DNA of 64,000 bases, taken from the NCBI GenBank assembly GCA_026988015.1, contig JALSMA010000001.1:11156-75155 (forward strand). The letters are read 5' to 3'. This document shows, one piece after another, positions 10,785 to 20,615 of this stretch. Positions within the stretch are counted from its first letter, which is position 1. Each line of letters opens with the position of its first letter. The notes under the pieces were generated by a model, which saw nothing but the letters and a program-made list of their open reading frames with translations, did not search any database and was not told the origin of the DNA. The stretch comes from Desulfobulbaceae bacterium. Lineage in GTDB: Bacteria; Desulfobacterota; Desulfobulbia; Desulfobulbales; Desulfocapsaceae. The position numbers and the translations under genes were made by a program.

Positions 10785-10945
10785 ATGGCGTCGTAAAAAC
10801 TCATCATCTACTTCGTTGCTGCATTTTTTGTTAATTATTGTAATAATGTACTCTTGGTACGCCGAAATCAAACAATAAATACACGGCTTGCATCTGAGTC
10901 TTTTTACTTAACCATTTATCAATTGACCTTTTTACGAGATTGTCA
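10785..10945 (+). repeat. dispersed intergenic repeat, copy A (full length)
   Basis: It shares ATGGCGTCGTAAAAAyTCwTCAyCTACTTCGTTGCT, GTACTCTTGG and GCATCTGA..TTTT.ACTTAACCAT with 34908-35060. Its 3' 39 nt match 56566-56604 at about 34 of 39 positions (hand alignment). Confidence 0.6.
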
Positions 10946-11003
10946 TTGTTGCGGATCACAAAGAGCAGCATTGTCTAAACTTAATTTTATCAAGGAACTT
11001 CTC

Positions 11004-11594
11004 ATGGTTAAAAACTTTTTTTTCGCACTGCTCTATGTTTTTCTGTTCAGCTCTTCTTACCTGCACGCAGCTACATCCGATCCTGTTCTGGAAACCATCG
11101 ATAAAGCGATTGAGGAGTATAGAAACAATGATTTTGGCAATGCCGCAACCAGCCTTGACTATGCAAGTCAACTGATCCGTCAGAAGAAAGGTGAAGCTCT
11201 TGGAAAACTACTCCCTCCCCCCCTTGATGGCTGGCAGGCAGAACCGGGAAATTCAAAGGTCACGGCAGTATCACTGTTTGGTGGTGGCCTGACGGCTGAG
11301 AGAAAATATCATAAAGAAAAAGCCACGGTGGACATCGCCATCGTCACCGATTCCCCCCTCCTGCAATCAATGATCATGATGTTTTCCAATCCAATTTTTG
11401 CAGCATCTGCCGGACAATTTGAATTAATCAACGGCCACAAAGGAATCGTTAATTTCAAAAACAATCGAGGGGACATTAACATTGTGGTAAACAACCGTTT
11501 TCTTGTCACCCTCAATGGAAAAAACACCAGCCTGGATGACCTGATGAACTTTGCAGAAAGTATTGATTTAAAAGCAATCAGTAATCTGCCATAG
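11004..11594 (+). CDS. hypothetical secreted protein
   Basis: The ORF is trimmed to the ATG at 11004, giving the signal peptide 'MVKNFFFALLYVFLFSSSYLHAATSDP'. No family recognised. Confidence 0.5.
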   Translation: MVKNFFFALLYVFLFSSSYLHAATSDPVLETIDKAIEEYRNNDFGNAATSLDYASQLIRQKKGEALGKLLPPPLDGWQAEPGNSKVTAVSLFGGGLTAERKYHKEKATVDIAIVTDSPLLQSMIMMFSNPIFAASAGQFELINGHKGIVNFKNNRGDINIVVNNRFLVTLNGKNTSLDDLMNFAESIDLKAISNLP

Positions 11595-11675
11595 TACGAT
11601 AATCAATCACAGGAACTAACTATTCCCCTTTTAGAATTCACAGGGATGGCTCGAAAGGTTATTTCTGATGAAGAG

Positions 11676-11731
11676 CCGCCCCTGCTGGTATGACGAATTG
11701 GCCTTCTTCCGCCGCAGGGGTGGTTTTAATT
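11676..11731 (+). terminator. possible terminator hairpin
   Basis: CCGCCCCTGC (11676-11685) pairs with GCAGGGGTGG (11714-11723, one G-U pair) and is followed by TTTTAATT. The 28-nt loop makes this weak. Confidence 0.3.
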
Positions 11732-11771
11732 CCTGAACGAACGTTTTTTAAAGCCACACAGAGTGAGAACA

Positions 11772-11933
11772 ATGAGTGACACAGAACAAAAAATCAGTGA
11801 TGCGTTGTTGTTAAAGATAGCCAAGGAGATTGCCGTTAAATTTATTGAAGTTGGCCGTTTGACACCAGCCACTTTTGAGAGCAGTTTTGAAAAAATATAC
11901 CACAGTATCAAACAGACGGTGGAAAAGCCGTGA
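11772..11933 (+). CDS. unlisted 53-aa ORF, translationally coupled to mpl
   Basis: My own translation is MSDTEQKISDALLLKIAKEIAVKFIEVGRLTPATFESSFEKIYHSIKQTVEKP. It has an amphipathic helical character and runs in the same direction as its neighbours. Its TGA overlaps the mpl GTG (GTGA at 11930-11933). Confidence 0.4.
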   Translation: MSDTEQKISDALLLKIAKEIAVKFIEVGRLTPATFESSFEKIYHSIKQTVEKP

Positions 11934-13384
11934 CTGAGCTACTTCCTGACCTGAATAAGGCCCCTGAGAATATAAAACATATCCATATCATGGGTATCTG
12001 CGGAACCGGGATGGCCGCTCTTGCCGGAATGCTCAAGGCTACAGGATACAGAATAACAGGATCGGACAAGGCAGTTTATCCGCCCATGTCCATTTTTCTT
12101 GAAGAAATTGGTATCACTGCCCATGACGGATATAAAGCCACAAACCTCTCCCCCAAACCGGACCTGGTCATTGTCGGCAATGTCATCACCCGTATAAATC
12201 CCGAAGCTGAAGCTCTGGCTGCCGCAAAAATTCCTTATCTGTCGTTTCCCCAGGCGCTGGCCCATTTTTTTATCCAGTCCCGTACATCGCTGGTGGTAAC
12301 CGGTACCCATGGCAAAACCACAACCTCATCTCTGCTGGCCTCCTGCCTGAATAGAGCTGAACTTGATCCAACCTTTATGATAGGAGGCATTGTCCGGGAA
12401 TTTGACTCTAACTTCCGCCTGGGTAAAGGTGCCCATTTTGTTTCGGAAGGTGATGAGTATGACACCGCCTTTTTTGACAAGGAATCAAAATTCCTCCACT
12501 ATCGACCCGATATCGCAATCATCACTTCAGTGGAATTTGACCATGCCGATATCTTCGCAGACCTTGAAGCCATCAAAAATTCTTTTAAAAAGTTTGTTGC
12601 CCTGCTGCCTGAAGGTGGGCTGATCATAGCCCACCTGGATGACCCTAATGTGCGTGAAGTTGTAAAAGGTGCACCCTGTGAGGTCCAGGGATATGGCCAG
12701 AGCCCTGAACTTGACTGGTGCCTTGCTGGTGTTCAGGCAAACGGCGGTATCACCCGCTTCACCGTAAAACATTCGGGCAAAAAATGGGCCGAGTTTTCCG
12801 TCCGGCTTCCCGGAACCCATAATTGTCTGAACAGCCTTGCCGTAGCAGCAGCTCTCCACAGCATTGGGGTACCCCAAAAGACTATCAGTGAGGGGCTGAC
12901 CAATTTTGGCGGGATAAAGCGGCGTCAGGAGATTCGAGGTATTGTTAACGGAATTACTGTCATAGATGATTTCGCCCACCACCCCACAGCGGTACGTGAG
13001 ACTTTGAAAGCCTTAAAGAATGCCTATCCGGAACAACGCCTCATTACCATTTTTGAGCCTCGTACCAACTCTTCAAGAAGGGCTGTCTTTCAACAGGATT
13101 ATGTTGACTGCTTTGATGCTTCTGAACTCACTTTTATCCGCAAACCCGTTCCTCTCAATAACATCCCCGCAATTGATATGTTCTCAGCAGACAGACTGGC
13201 TGCTGATATTCGTAATCGAGGTGTACACGCTGAGTCCTGTGCAGATACTGAAATCATTCTTGATAAAATCACTCCCCTCCTGCAGGCAACGGATGTGGTT
13301 GCCATTCTTTCCAATGGCGGCTTTGATAATATTCACAGCAGACTCCTTGAAAAATTGGAAGCATCCCCGTTGCAATCCGTCTAA
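11930..13384 (+). CDS. mpl: UDP-N-acetylmuramate:L-alanyl-gamma-D-glutamyl-meso-diaminopimelate ligase
   Basis: 'HIMGICGTGMAALAGML', 'VTGTHGKTTTSSL' and 'DEYDTAFFDK' are the Mur ligase/Mpl pattern. Start codon uncertain. Confidence 0.85.
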   Translation: MTELLPDLNKAPENIKHIHIMGICGTGMAALAGMLKATGYRITGSDKAVYPPMSIFLEEIGITAHDGYKATNLSPKPDLVIVGNVITRINPEAEALAAAKIPYLSFPQALAHFFIQSRTSLVVTGTHGKTTTSSLLASCLNRAELDPTFMIGGIVREFDSNFRLGKGAHFVSEGDEYDTAFFDKESKFLHYRPDIAIITSVEFDHADIFADLEAIKNSFKKFVALLPEGGLIIAHLDDPNVREVVKGAPCEVQGYGQSPELDWCLAGVQANGGITRFTVKHSGKKWAEFSVRLPGTHNCLNSLAVAAALHSIGVPQKTISEGLTNFGGIKRRQEIRGIVNGITVIDDFAHHPTAVRETLKALKNAYPEQRLITIFEPRTNSSRRAVFQQDYVDCFDASELTFIRKPVPLNNIPAIDMFSADRLAADIRNRGVHAESCADTEIILDKITPLLQATDVVAILSNGGFDNIHSRLLEKLEASPLQSV

Positions 13385-13520
13385 ATTCTTGACCATTCAT
13401 CCGATATACCGTACTATTGAGCCGTCATTCATTTCACTATTCTGATCTTAGTCCTCATCACCGGGGCCACTAAAGATTTGACAAGGCGTTATCATAATTT
13501 TTTTCAGGAGAGGACCCAAT

Positions 13521-14651
13521 ATGAAACTCGCTGTTCTAAAAGAGACTGAAGAGGGCGAAAACAGGGTCGCTATTATCCCGGATTCAATCAAACGACTCAA
13601 CAAAAATGGCTTTGAGATTTTGATAGAAACAGGCGCTGGCCTGGCATCCGGACACAGCGACAAGGACTACACGGACAAAGGCGCCACCATCGTAACTGAC
13701 ACCCAGGAGCTGATCAATCAAAGCGACTGTATTGTTAAAGTTCGTCCCCCATCCATTGAAGAAGTTGATAGATTAAAGGACAACTCCTTTTATATCTCCA
13801 TCATCCAGTCCACCCTGCGTCACGATCTGGTAACAAAATTTCAGGAAAAGAAGATCACCGCATTTGGCCTTGACATTATTCCAAGAACCACCCTGGCACA
13901 GTCCATGGATGTTCTTTCCTCCATGAGTACCATTTCCGGTTACAAAGCTGTCCTGCTTGCAGCGGACAACATTAATAAATTCTTTCCCATGCTCATGACT
14001 GCAGCAGGAACAGTTGCACCCGCCAAAGTTCTTGTTTTGGGAGCTGGTGTTGCTGGACTTATGGCCTGTGCCACTGCCAAACGCCTTGGTGGAGTGGTTG
14101 AAGCTTTTGATGTACGTCCTGAAGTTAAGGAACAGGTTAATTCTGTAGGAGCCAAATTTGTCGAAGTACCTGTTAAAGAAGATGGCTCCGGTGGAGGCGG
14201 ATATGCCAAAGAGATGTCTGAGGTGTACAAGCAGAAACAGGCAGAACTCATCTCCAAACATATCGCCAAGTCAGATGTTGTTATTCCAACAGCGCTGATT
14301 CCCGGCAAAAAAGCCCCCATACTCATAACTGAAGAACAGGTTAAATCCATGAAACCGGGTTCCGTCATTGTGGATCTGGCAGCCGAAATGGGCGGCAACT
14401 GTGCTGTTACGACACCGGGCGAGAATGTCATTGTCCATGGTGTTCAGGTCATAGGCCACGCGAACCTGCCCTCCACTATGTCCTATCACGCCTCTCAGAT
14501 GTTTTCCAAAAATGTGGAAAAATTCCTTTTTCATCTTTGTGACGAAAATGGATTCAAGATGGATATGGAAGATGAAATTACCAGTGGATCACTGGTCACC
14601 AAAGATGGCGAAGTCATACATGAACTGACCAAGTCACTCATGGCCGGTTAG
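13521..14651 (+). CDS. pntAA: NAD(P) transhydrogenase subunit alpha part 1
   Basis: AlaDH/PNT fold with 'VLVLGAGVAGLMA'. It is followed by the small alpha-2 and beta subunit genes. Confidence 0.9.
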   Translation: MKLAVLKETEEGENRVAIIPDSIKRLNKNGFEILIETGAGLASGHSDKDYTDKGATIVTDTQELINQSDCIVKVRPPSIEEVDRLKDNSFYISIIQSTLRHDLVTKFQEKKITAFGLDIIPRTTLAQSMDVLSSMSTISGYKAVLLAADNINKFFPMLMTAAGTVAPAKVLVLGAGVAGLMACATAKRLGGVVEAFDVRPEVKEQVNSVGAKFVEVPVKEDGSGGGGYAKEMSEVYKQKQAELISKHIAKSDVVIPTALIPGKKAPILITEEQVKSMKPGSVIVDLAAEMGGNCAVTTPGENVIVHGVQVIGHANLPSTMSYHASQMFSKNVEKFLFHLCDENGFKMDMEDEITSGSLVTKDGEVIHELTKSLMAG

Positions 14652-14667
14652 TTAAGGAGAAGAAAAG

Positions 14668-14973
14668 ATGGATACAGGAACAATCATCATTGGTTTGACC
14701 ATTTTTGTACTGGCCTGCTTTGCAGGAGCCGAGCTTATTTCAAAAGTGCCTCAGACCTTACACACCCCACTTATGTCTGGCTCGAATGCCATTTCTGGTA
14801 TTGCCATTCTTGGTGCATTAATTGCGACCGGAAGACCGGAATCCATTGACGCCGAATCTGCCATTGGATTTTTTGCCGTTATCTTTGCCACAGTGAACGT
14901 GGTGGGCGGTTATATGGTCACCAACCGTATGCTGCAGATGTTCAAGAAAAAGAAACTGAAGAAAAAAGAATAG
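14668..14973 (+). CDS. pntAB: NAD(P) transhydrogenase subunit alpha part 2
   Basis: 101-aa membrane protein with 'HTPLMSGSNAISGI', lying between pntAA and pntB. Confidence 0.85.
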   Translation: MDTGTIIIGLTIFVLACFAGAELISKVPQTLHTPLMSGSNAISGIAILGALIATGRPESIDAESAIGFFAVIFATVNVVGGYMVTNRMLQMFKKKKLKKKE

Positions 14974-15047
14974 CAGCCGGTTAACGGATCCCTGCCCGAC
15001 CATAGGTCGGGTGCTTAAAGAATGTACCAAATAAGAGAGTTTAAGTT

Positions 15048-16430
15048 ATGTCTACTGTCAATATTATCGATTTTGTATATCTGATATCAGCAGTGCTCTT
15101 CATGCTGGGTATCAAAAACCTGAGTTCTCCGGCAACAGCCAAACTCGGGAATTATTTGTCCATGACTGGAATGGGTGTGGCAATCATCGCCACTCTGGCC
15201 AGCCCTGACATGTTCGGCTTTACCATGATCATCATTGCCATCGCCATTGGTGCTGCCATTGGTGGCTATGCTGCCGTCAAAGTAGAGATGACCTCCATGC
15301 CGGAAATGGTAGCCCTGTTTAACGGTTGCGGTGGTGCAGCATCAGCACTGGTAGCGATGGCCGAATTCAACGGCCAAACTGCCACTTTTGCCAATTTCAC
15401 CCTCATCACTCTACTTCTCTCCATCATTATCGGTGGCCTGACCTTCACCGGATCAATTATTGCTTATACAAAACTGCAGGGTATCATTTCCACTCGTCCC
15501 ATCACCTATCCTTTCCAGCAGATTGTCAATGCAGGAATTGTTATTCTTACCCTGTTTCTCGCCTACACCGTCTTTCAAGACCCATCAAATCTCTTTGCAT
15601 TTTACCTGATCATCGTTCTGTCCCTCAGCCTTGGAGTGCTTGCAGTGATTCCCATTGGCGGTGCTGATATGCCGGTTATTGTATCGTTGCTTAATTCCTA
15701 CTCCGGACTTGCTGTTTCCATGACCGGTTTTGCCTTGAATAACAATGCTCTTATCATCGTTGGTTCTCTGGTTGGGGCCTCAGGTCTCTTTCTCACCAAA
15801 ATCATGTGTGATGCAATGAACCGATCCCTCGCTAATGTCCTCTTCGGAGCCTTTGGCGCAATTGACGAATCGGTTGCAGACGGCGGCGAAGGACCCGCAG
15901 GCAGCATGAAAGGATTTGAGGTAGAGGATGTTGCCATTGCCCTGCAGAATGCCGATTCATTGATCATTGTCCCAGGATACGGAATGGCTGCAGCACAAGC
16001 TCAGCATGTTACCCGCGAGCTTGGTGATTTTCTCACTGAAGAGGGAGTTGAAGTTCGCTATGCCATCCATTCAGTTGCCGGACGTATGCCCGGACACATG
16101 AATGTTCTTCTGGCAGAAGCGGATGTCTCCTACGATCAGCTCTTTGCAATGGAAGACATCAATGACGATTTTTCCACCACAGACGTTGTGCTTGTCATTG
16201 GTGCCAACGATGTTGTCAACCCTGCGGCAAAAACCAATCCTAGTAGTCCCATTTACGGTATGCCCATCCTTGAAGTGGATAAAGCAAGAACAGTTGTAGT
16301 CCTAAAACGTTCTATGAATGTTGGTTTTGCCGGTATCGAAAATGAACTCTTCTTTAAAGATAATACCATGATGCTCTTTGGCGATGCCAAGGCGTCTATC
16401 CAAAACCTTCTTGCTGCTGTTAAAGAGTAA
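15048..16430 (+). CDS. pntB: NAD(P) transhydrogenase subunit beta
   Basis: N-terminal TM bundle and a C-terminal NADP(H) domain: 'IIVPGYGMAAAQAQH', 'YAIHSVAGRMPGHMNVLLAEA', 'GANDVVNPAA'. Confidence 0.95.
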   Translation: MSTVNIIDFVYLISAVLFMLGIKNLSSPATAKLGNYLSMTGMGVAIIATLASPDMFGFTMIIIAIAIGAAIGGYAAVKVEMTSMPEMVALFNGCGGAASALVAMAEFNGQTATFANFTLITLLLSIIIGGLTFTGSIIAYTKLQGIISTRPITYPFQQIVNAGIVILTLFLAYTVFQDPSNLFAFYLIIVLSLSLGVLAVIPIGGADMPVIVSLLNSYSGLAVSMTGFALNNNALIIVGSLVGASGLFLTKIMCDAMNRSLANVLFGAFGAIDESVADGGEGPAGSMKGFEVEDVAIALQNADSLIIVPGYGMAAAQAQHVTRELGDFLTEEGVEVRYAIHSVAGRMPGHMNVLLAEADVSYDQLFAMEDINDDFSTTDVVLVIGANDVVNPAAKTNPSSPIYGMPILEVDKARTVVVLKRSMNVGFAGIENELFFKDNTMMLFGDAKASIQNLLAAVKE

Positions 16431-16454
16431 TCTGAAAAGCAAAGTCGAAACGTA

Positions 16455-16495
16455 AAAAAGCGGATTGAGAATTCCTGTTCTCAATCCGCTTTTTC
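16455..16495. terminator. bidirectional rho-independent terminator between pntB and the convergent receiver gene
   Basis: GCGGATTGAGA (16460-16470) pairs with TCTCAATCCGC (16479-16489). It is flanked by an A-run upstream and TTTTT downstream. Confidence 0.8.
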
Positions 16496-16564
16496 CATTG
16501 CCACCCCTGTTGCGCAAAAGCCTGTACTGCCCACAGCCTGTTACCCTCTGATCTGTACTCCCGC

Positions 16565-16963
16565 TCAAATCAACCCCAGTTCAACAAGTTGCTGCTGTAT
16601 CACACTGGCACTTACAGGTTTGGTGAGATAGGCTTCACACCCGCCTTTCACCAGTGCTTCCATGATATTCCCTGAATCATCAAGGGCGGTGATCATCATC
16701 ACTTTAACCCTGCTGCCATCGTGAAGCCCTCTTTCTTTTTCAAGATGACGAATCTCTTTAAGTGCTGCCTGACCATCCATTTCCGGCATCATAATATCAA
16801 GACAGACCAAGTCATATTTCCGAGCAGTCTCTTCCAGACTCTCACGAAAACGCTCCACGGCGCTCTCCCCATCACTGACAAGATGACACTCGCCATAGGG
16901 TTTCAGGAAATTAGCAAGTAACAGTTGATTTACAGGCGCATCTTCAGCAATTAAAATTTTCAT
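16565..16963 (-). CDS. stand-alone response regulator receiver (CheY-like)
   Basis: 'MKILIAEDAPVNQ...DLVCLDIMMPEMDG...MMITALDD...YLTKP'. The listed 255-aa ORF is trimmed to the ATG at 16963, because the longer form would overlap tilS. Confidence 0.8.
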   Translation of the reverse strand: MKILIAEDAPVNQLLLANFLKPYGECHLVSDGESAVERFRESLEETARKYDLVCLDIMMPEMDGQAALKEIRHLEKERGLHDGSRVKVMMITALDDSGNIMEALVKGGCEAYLTKPVSASVIQQQLVELGLI

Positions 16964-17000
16964 ATTGACCTGATAATATTTTAGAATTTCTCCTCTATGT

Positions 17001-18473
17001 ATGCTATACGAAAACATGGCATATTCAAATAAAAAACAGACTTCCCCATCAATTGAACTAAAGATGCCAACCTTGAAAAAGAATGCTATCCAGAGACGTA
17101 TCCATAAAGTTCTTACATCAAACTCTTTACTAGAAAGTGGACAACCTGTTATTATCGCAGTCTCTGCCGGTTCTGACTCAATCAGCCTCCTCCATATTCT
17201 CTCTTTTTTATATCCTACCACAAAACGCATAGCGGTATATGTAGACCATGGGCTGCGCCCAGATGAAACGGAATCTGAACAAAAACTTGTCAAAAAACAG
17301 GCTGAAATCTGTTCTGCTGTTTTCCGCAGCATATCAGTGAATGTGATACAGGAAAAAGAACAAAAAGGCTCGTCCCTTGAAGAAGCTGCACGAACCCTTC
17401 GCTATCAAGCACTCGAAAAAATACGTAATTCAGAAAATGCCTGCTGCATCGCAGTTGGACATACCGCAGATGACCAGGCAGAAGAAATTCTTCTTCGTCT
17501 TATTCGGGGCAGTGGACGTACCGGCCTTAGTGGCATGAAACTGAAAAATGGCCACATTATCCGGCCCCTTCTTCAAGAACCTAAAGTGGAGCTACTTGAT
17601 TACCTGCATTCACTGAACATCAAATATTGTATAGATAGTTCAAACTTTGAAAAGGATTTTTTACGAAACAGGATCAGGCTGGATCTTCTTGTCGATCTTG
17701 AGAAACATTACAACGGGTCTATCCGTAGAACCCTCCTGCAGACAGCCGAAATACTTTCTGCAGAGGATGATCTTCTTGATGAGCTATCTCGAGCGGCCTT
17801 TCTGAAACATGTTCAACTCGAGCCAGCAAAGATCTATCTTTCCATTACCGACTTCTCCAGGGAACCTCTGGCCATAAAGCGTAGAATCCTTGAAAAAATC
17901 TGCTGGCAGATGAAGTCCAAGCCATCATTTAAAAAAATAAAACATCTTCTCTATCTTTGTTCTTCTACCAGTGGCAAAGAAATTCATCTCAGTGGCGGCC
18001 TGCGTGCAGTCAGAGAGCAGGCAAATATCATTTTTTTTCACCCAGCTGAACAGACGGGCTACCGGGGCTCTGCCATCATAAAAAAAACTTTTCCTCCTAT
18101 CACAATTCCCGGTCCAGGGGACTTTCCTGTATCTGAACTGAAACGAAAACTCATTATTTCTAAAGTCCACAGTGCCCAGATTCGCACTGTTTTCTCCCAT
18201 AAACTGATTATCAGTGCAGACCTGCTCCTGTTCCCCCTGCTACTGCGTCCTTATTCGGAAGCAGAACGTTTCAGACCCCTTGGCGCACCCGGAAACAAAA
18301 AGATTTCCAGATTCCTGTCAGATCTCAAAATTCCCAGATCTGAACGTCATCACTATCCAGTTCTCATTTCAGACGGGAAGGTTGCAGCCATCCCAGGATT
18401 AAGGATAACAGAAGAGTTCAAAGTGACCAGACAGACAAAACAGATGCTGCTCATACAATGGTTACCCTACTGA
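17001..18473 (+). CDS. tilS: tRNA(Ile)-lysidine synthetase
   Basis: PP-loop 'IIAVSAGSDSISLLH', 'GHTADDQAEEILLRLIRGSG' and a C-terminal TilS domain. The true start is probably an internal Met (17016 or 17064). Confidence 0.8.
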   Translation: MLYENMAYSNKKQTSPSIELKMPTLKKNAIQRRIHKVLTSNSLLESGQPVIIAVSAGSDSISLLHILSFLYPTTKRIAVYVDHGLRPDETESEQKLVKKQAEICSAVFRSISVNVIQEKEQKGSSLEEAARTLRYQALEKIRNSENACCIAVGHTADDQAEEILLRLIRGSGRTGLSGMKLKNGHIIRPLLQEPKVELLDYLHSLNIKYCIDSSNFEKDFLRNRIRLDLLVDLEKHYNGSIRRTLLQTAEILSAEDDLLDELSRAAFLKHVQLEPAKIYLSITDFSREPLAIKRRILEKICWQMKSKPSFKKIKHLLYLCSSTSGKEIHLSGGLRAVREQANIIFFHPAEQTGYRGSAIIKKTFPPITIPGPGDFPVSELKRKLIISKVHSAQIRTVFSHKLIISADLLLFPLLLRPYSEAERFRPLGAPGNKKISRFLSDLKIPRSERHHYPVLISDGKVAAIPGLRITEEFKVTRQTKQMLLIQWLPY

Positions 18474-18593
18474 CTTCAAGCTCATTGCCCTGTACAATGG
18501 ACATACAGTTCCTTACTCTTGAATGACTGCTAAAAACGCGACATTTCGCTCATTACTGCAAATTTAACCATTCGTCATTAATCCAAAACCAAT

Positions 18594-19235
18594 ATGCAAG
18601 AACATCAGCCTAAACCCGTTGCTACCAAAAAATCTCTACACGAAAAAAACACCACAGAACACCGTGCCATCACCCTCATTGCCTGTCCCATTTTTCAAAA
18701 AGAACTTGAACATGTTCTCAACGAACTCAAGCTGGTTTTTCATATTGATTACATGCATTACAGCATCCATAACAATCCAATGAAAATGGAAGAACAGCTC
18801 CAGGCAGGAGTCGAAAAAGCATCCAGACAGAAAACAGACAAGGTGTGCTTTCTGGTTGGCAGACACTGCAAGGGGAAACGTGATGTGATTCAGGTGGTTA
18901 ATGACTGCGGTGGCAGAATCCCACAAGCAAAAAACTGCATTGATATGCTTATTGGCGATACACTGGTTCAATCACTACAGAAAAAAAGAACCTCATTGAT
19001 GACTCCTGCATGGATTAAAATGATCAACAAATCCATCAATGATGGCCAGTGGACCGTTACAGATGCCCGATTAAATCTAGGATGGTACAATAAAATATTG
19101 ATTCTTGATACTGGTGTTGATCCATTAAGTGATGAGCAAATAGTGGAATTTTATGATCTTATCCAAGTTGAAATCGAAGTCCTGCCGGTGACACTTTGTC
19201 ACTTTAAAGCCCTTCTTGAAAAACTGCTGCAATAA
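18594..19235 (+). CDS. hypothetical protein, possibly DUF1638
   Basis: 'LIACPIFQKELEHVL' near the N-terminus resembles DUF1638 proteins. Weak call. Confidence 0.3.
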   Translation: MQEHQPKPVATKKSLHEKNTTEHRAITLIACPIFQKELEHVLNELKLVFHIDYMHYSIHNNPMKMEEQLQAGVEKASRQKTDKVCFLVGRHCKGKRDVIQVVNDCGGRIPQAKNCIDMLIGDTLVQSLQKKRTSLMTPAWIKMINKSINDGQWTVTDARLNLGWYNKILILDTGVDPLSDEQIVEFYDLIQVEIEVLPVTLCHFKALLEKLLQ

Positions 19236-19453
19236 CTCAAATACAACTAGGTCTGCATTTTTTTCCTGACCGCATTGGAATTCTTGTTATTTTTCAAAAG
19301 ACGAGTTTACATGGAAACTCAACCCAGCAACGCCCTAAATGCTTGTAGACCTATAAAGTTTTTCTTCGAAATTAAAAGCACAATGTAGTACAATACTCCA
19401 GAATTACATCTTTCCGCTATCAACAAACCACCATCCTAGGGCAAGTAAGACCA

Positions 19454-20611
19454 GTGTGTAAAAAAGATAACGACAGTCCCCCTCTTCGTACAGTCACCAC
19501 TCATCCTCCCCACAGCTGCCCCAATCCTCAGAACTGTAACCACACAGATACCTGGGAACAACTTTTTAATGCCATTCAGGATCCGGTACTTGTTGTAACC
19601 CCGAGTGGAACGATTATAGAGGCAAATAATGCGACACTTCTCGCAGCTCGAAAGCCAAGAGATCAAGTTGTAGGAACCGGTATCTGCCAAATTGTCCATG
19701 GCGGTAAATGGCCACATATCAAGTGTCCTCTTGAAGAATTTCTTAAAACCTGTTCCCCAAAAGTAGAAGAGACTCGCCTTCCAGGACTCAATGGTGAATA
19801 TTCTTTTACAATATCACCCGTTACGGAGCCAAGTGGCAATATAGACAAAATCATGCTCATTGCCAGGGAACTCACTCGAGATGAAAGCCGTAAGATGGAT
19901 TCAATCCGTACCGCAAAACTTGCAGCCATTGGAGAACTCGCCGCAGGTGTTGCCCATGAAGTCAATAACCCCATCACCGGAATAATTAATTTTGCTCAGA
20001 TACTTCTTGACAATTACAAACTTGATTCTTCAGGGCGTGACATTGTGCACAAAATTATCAAAGAAGGCGATCGAATCGCATCAATTACCCATAACCTGCT
20101 TTCTTTTTCAAGGGCCGAAAAGCATGAACGCCAGCCGGTCAATCCTGTAACGATTATAAAAGAAAGTCTTACTCTAGTGCAGCACCAGTTAAAGAAAGAG
20201 GGAATTACGATAAAAACCAGTTTTCCCGCAAGAGACCACCTCATCATTGCTGACTTTCAGCAACTGCAACAGGTGTTAGTTAACCTGATCAGTAACAGCC
20301 GCTATGCATTAAACGCCAGATACCCAGGATACCACCCAAACAAATGTATTGAGATAACATGTGGTTACACAGAAAGCAAAAGGAATCCCATGGTCACCAT
20401 TGTCGTAAAAGATTATGGCACCGGCTTTCCACAGTCGCTCCTCGAGCGCCTCTTTGAGCCTTTTTTTACAACCAAAGCACCTGGAGAAGGTACAGGACTT
20501 GGGCTGAGTATCAGTTACGGTATCTTAAAAGATCATGGAGGAGATCTGCGGGTCAATTCCATTCTTGATAAATACACTGAAATAATAATGGAACTCCCTG
20601 CGGGAATCTAA
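19454..20611 (+). CDS. soluble PAS-domain sensor histidine kinase (NtrB-like)
   Basis: No TM helix. The PAS region is Cys/His-rich: 'CQIVHGGKWPHIKCPLEEFLKTC'. DHp is 'LAAGVAHEVNNPITGIINFAQILL', the N-box is 'NLISNSRYAL', G1 is 'DYGTGFP' and G2 is 'GTGLGLSISYGI'. GTG start. Confidence 0.85.
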   Translation: MCKKDNDSPPLRTVTTHPPHSCPNPQNCNHTDTWEQLFNAIQDPVLVVTPSGTIIEANNATLLAARKPRDQVVGTGICQIVHGGKWPHIKCPLEEFLKTCSPKVEETRLPGLNGEYSFTISPVTEPSGNIDKIMLIARELTRDESRKMDSIRTAKLAAIGELAAGVAHEVNNPITGIINFAQILLDNYKLDSSGRDIVHKIIKEGDRIASITHNLLSFSRAEKHERQPVNPVTIIKESLTLVQHQLKKEGITIKTSFPARDHLIIADFQQLQQVLVNLISNSRYALNARYPGYHPNKCIEITCGYTESKRNPMVTIVVKDYGTGFPQSLLERLFEPFFTTKAPGEGTGLGLSISYGILKDHGGDLRVNSILDKYTEIIMELPAGI

Positions 20612-20615
20612 GCTT

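Noticed and set aside
11726-11911. Listed minus-strand 61-aa ORF
   Set aside because: It is antisense to a more plausible plus-strand 53-codon ORF that is coupled to mpl. It has a hydrophobic, low-complexity composition, no SD and a direction opposite to all neighbours.
16964-17332. Long N-terminal extension of the minus-strand receiver ORF (255 aa version)
   Set aside because: The receiver domain starts cleanly at 'MKILIAEDAP' (ATG 16963). The extension is antisense to the tilS 5' region and has no domain features.
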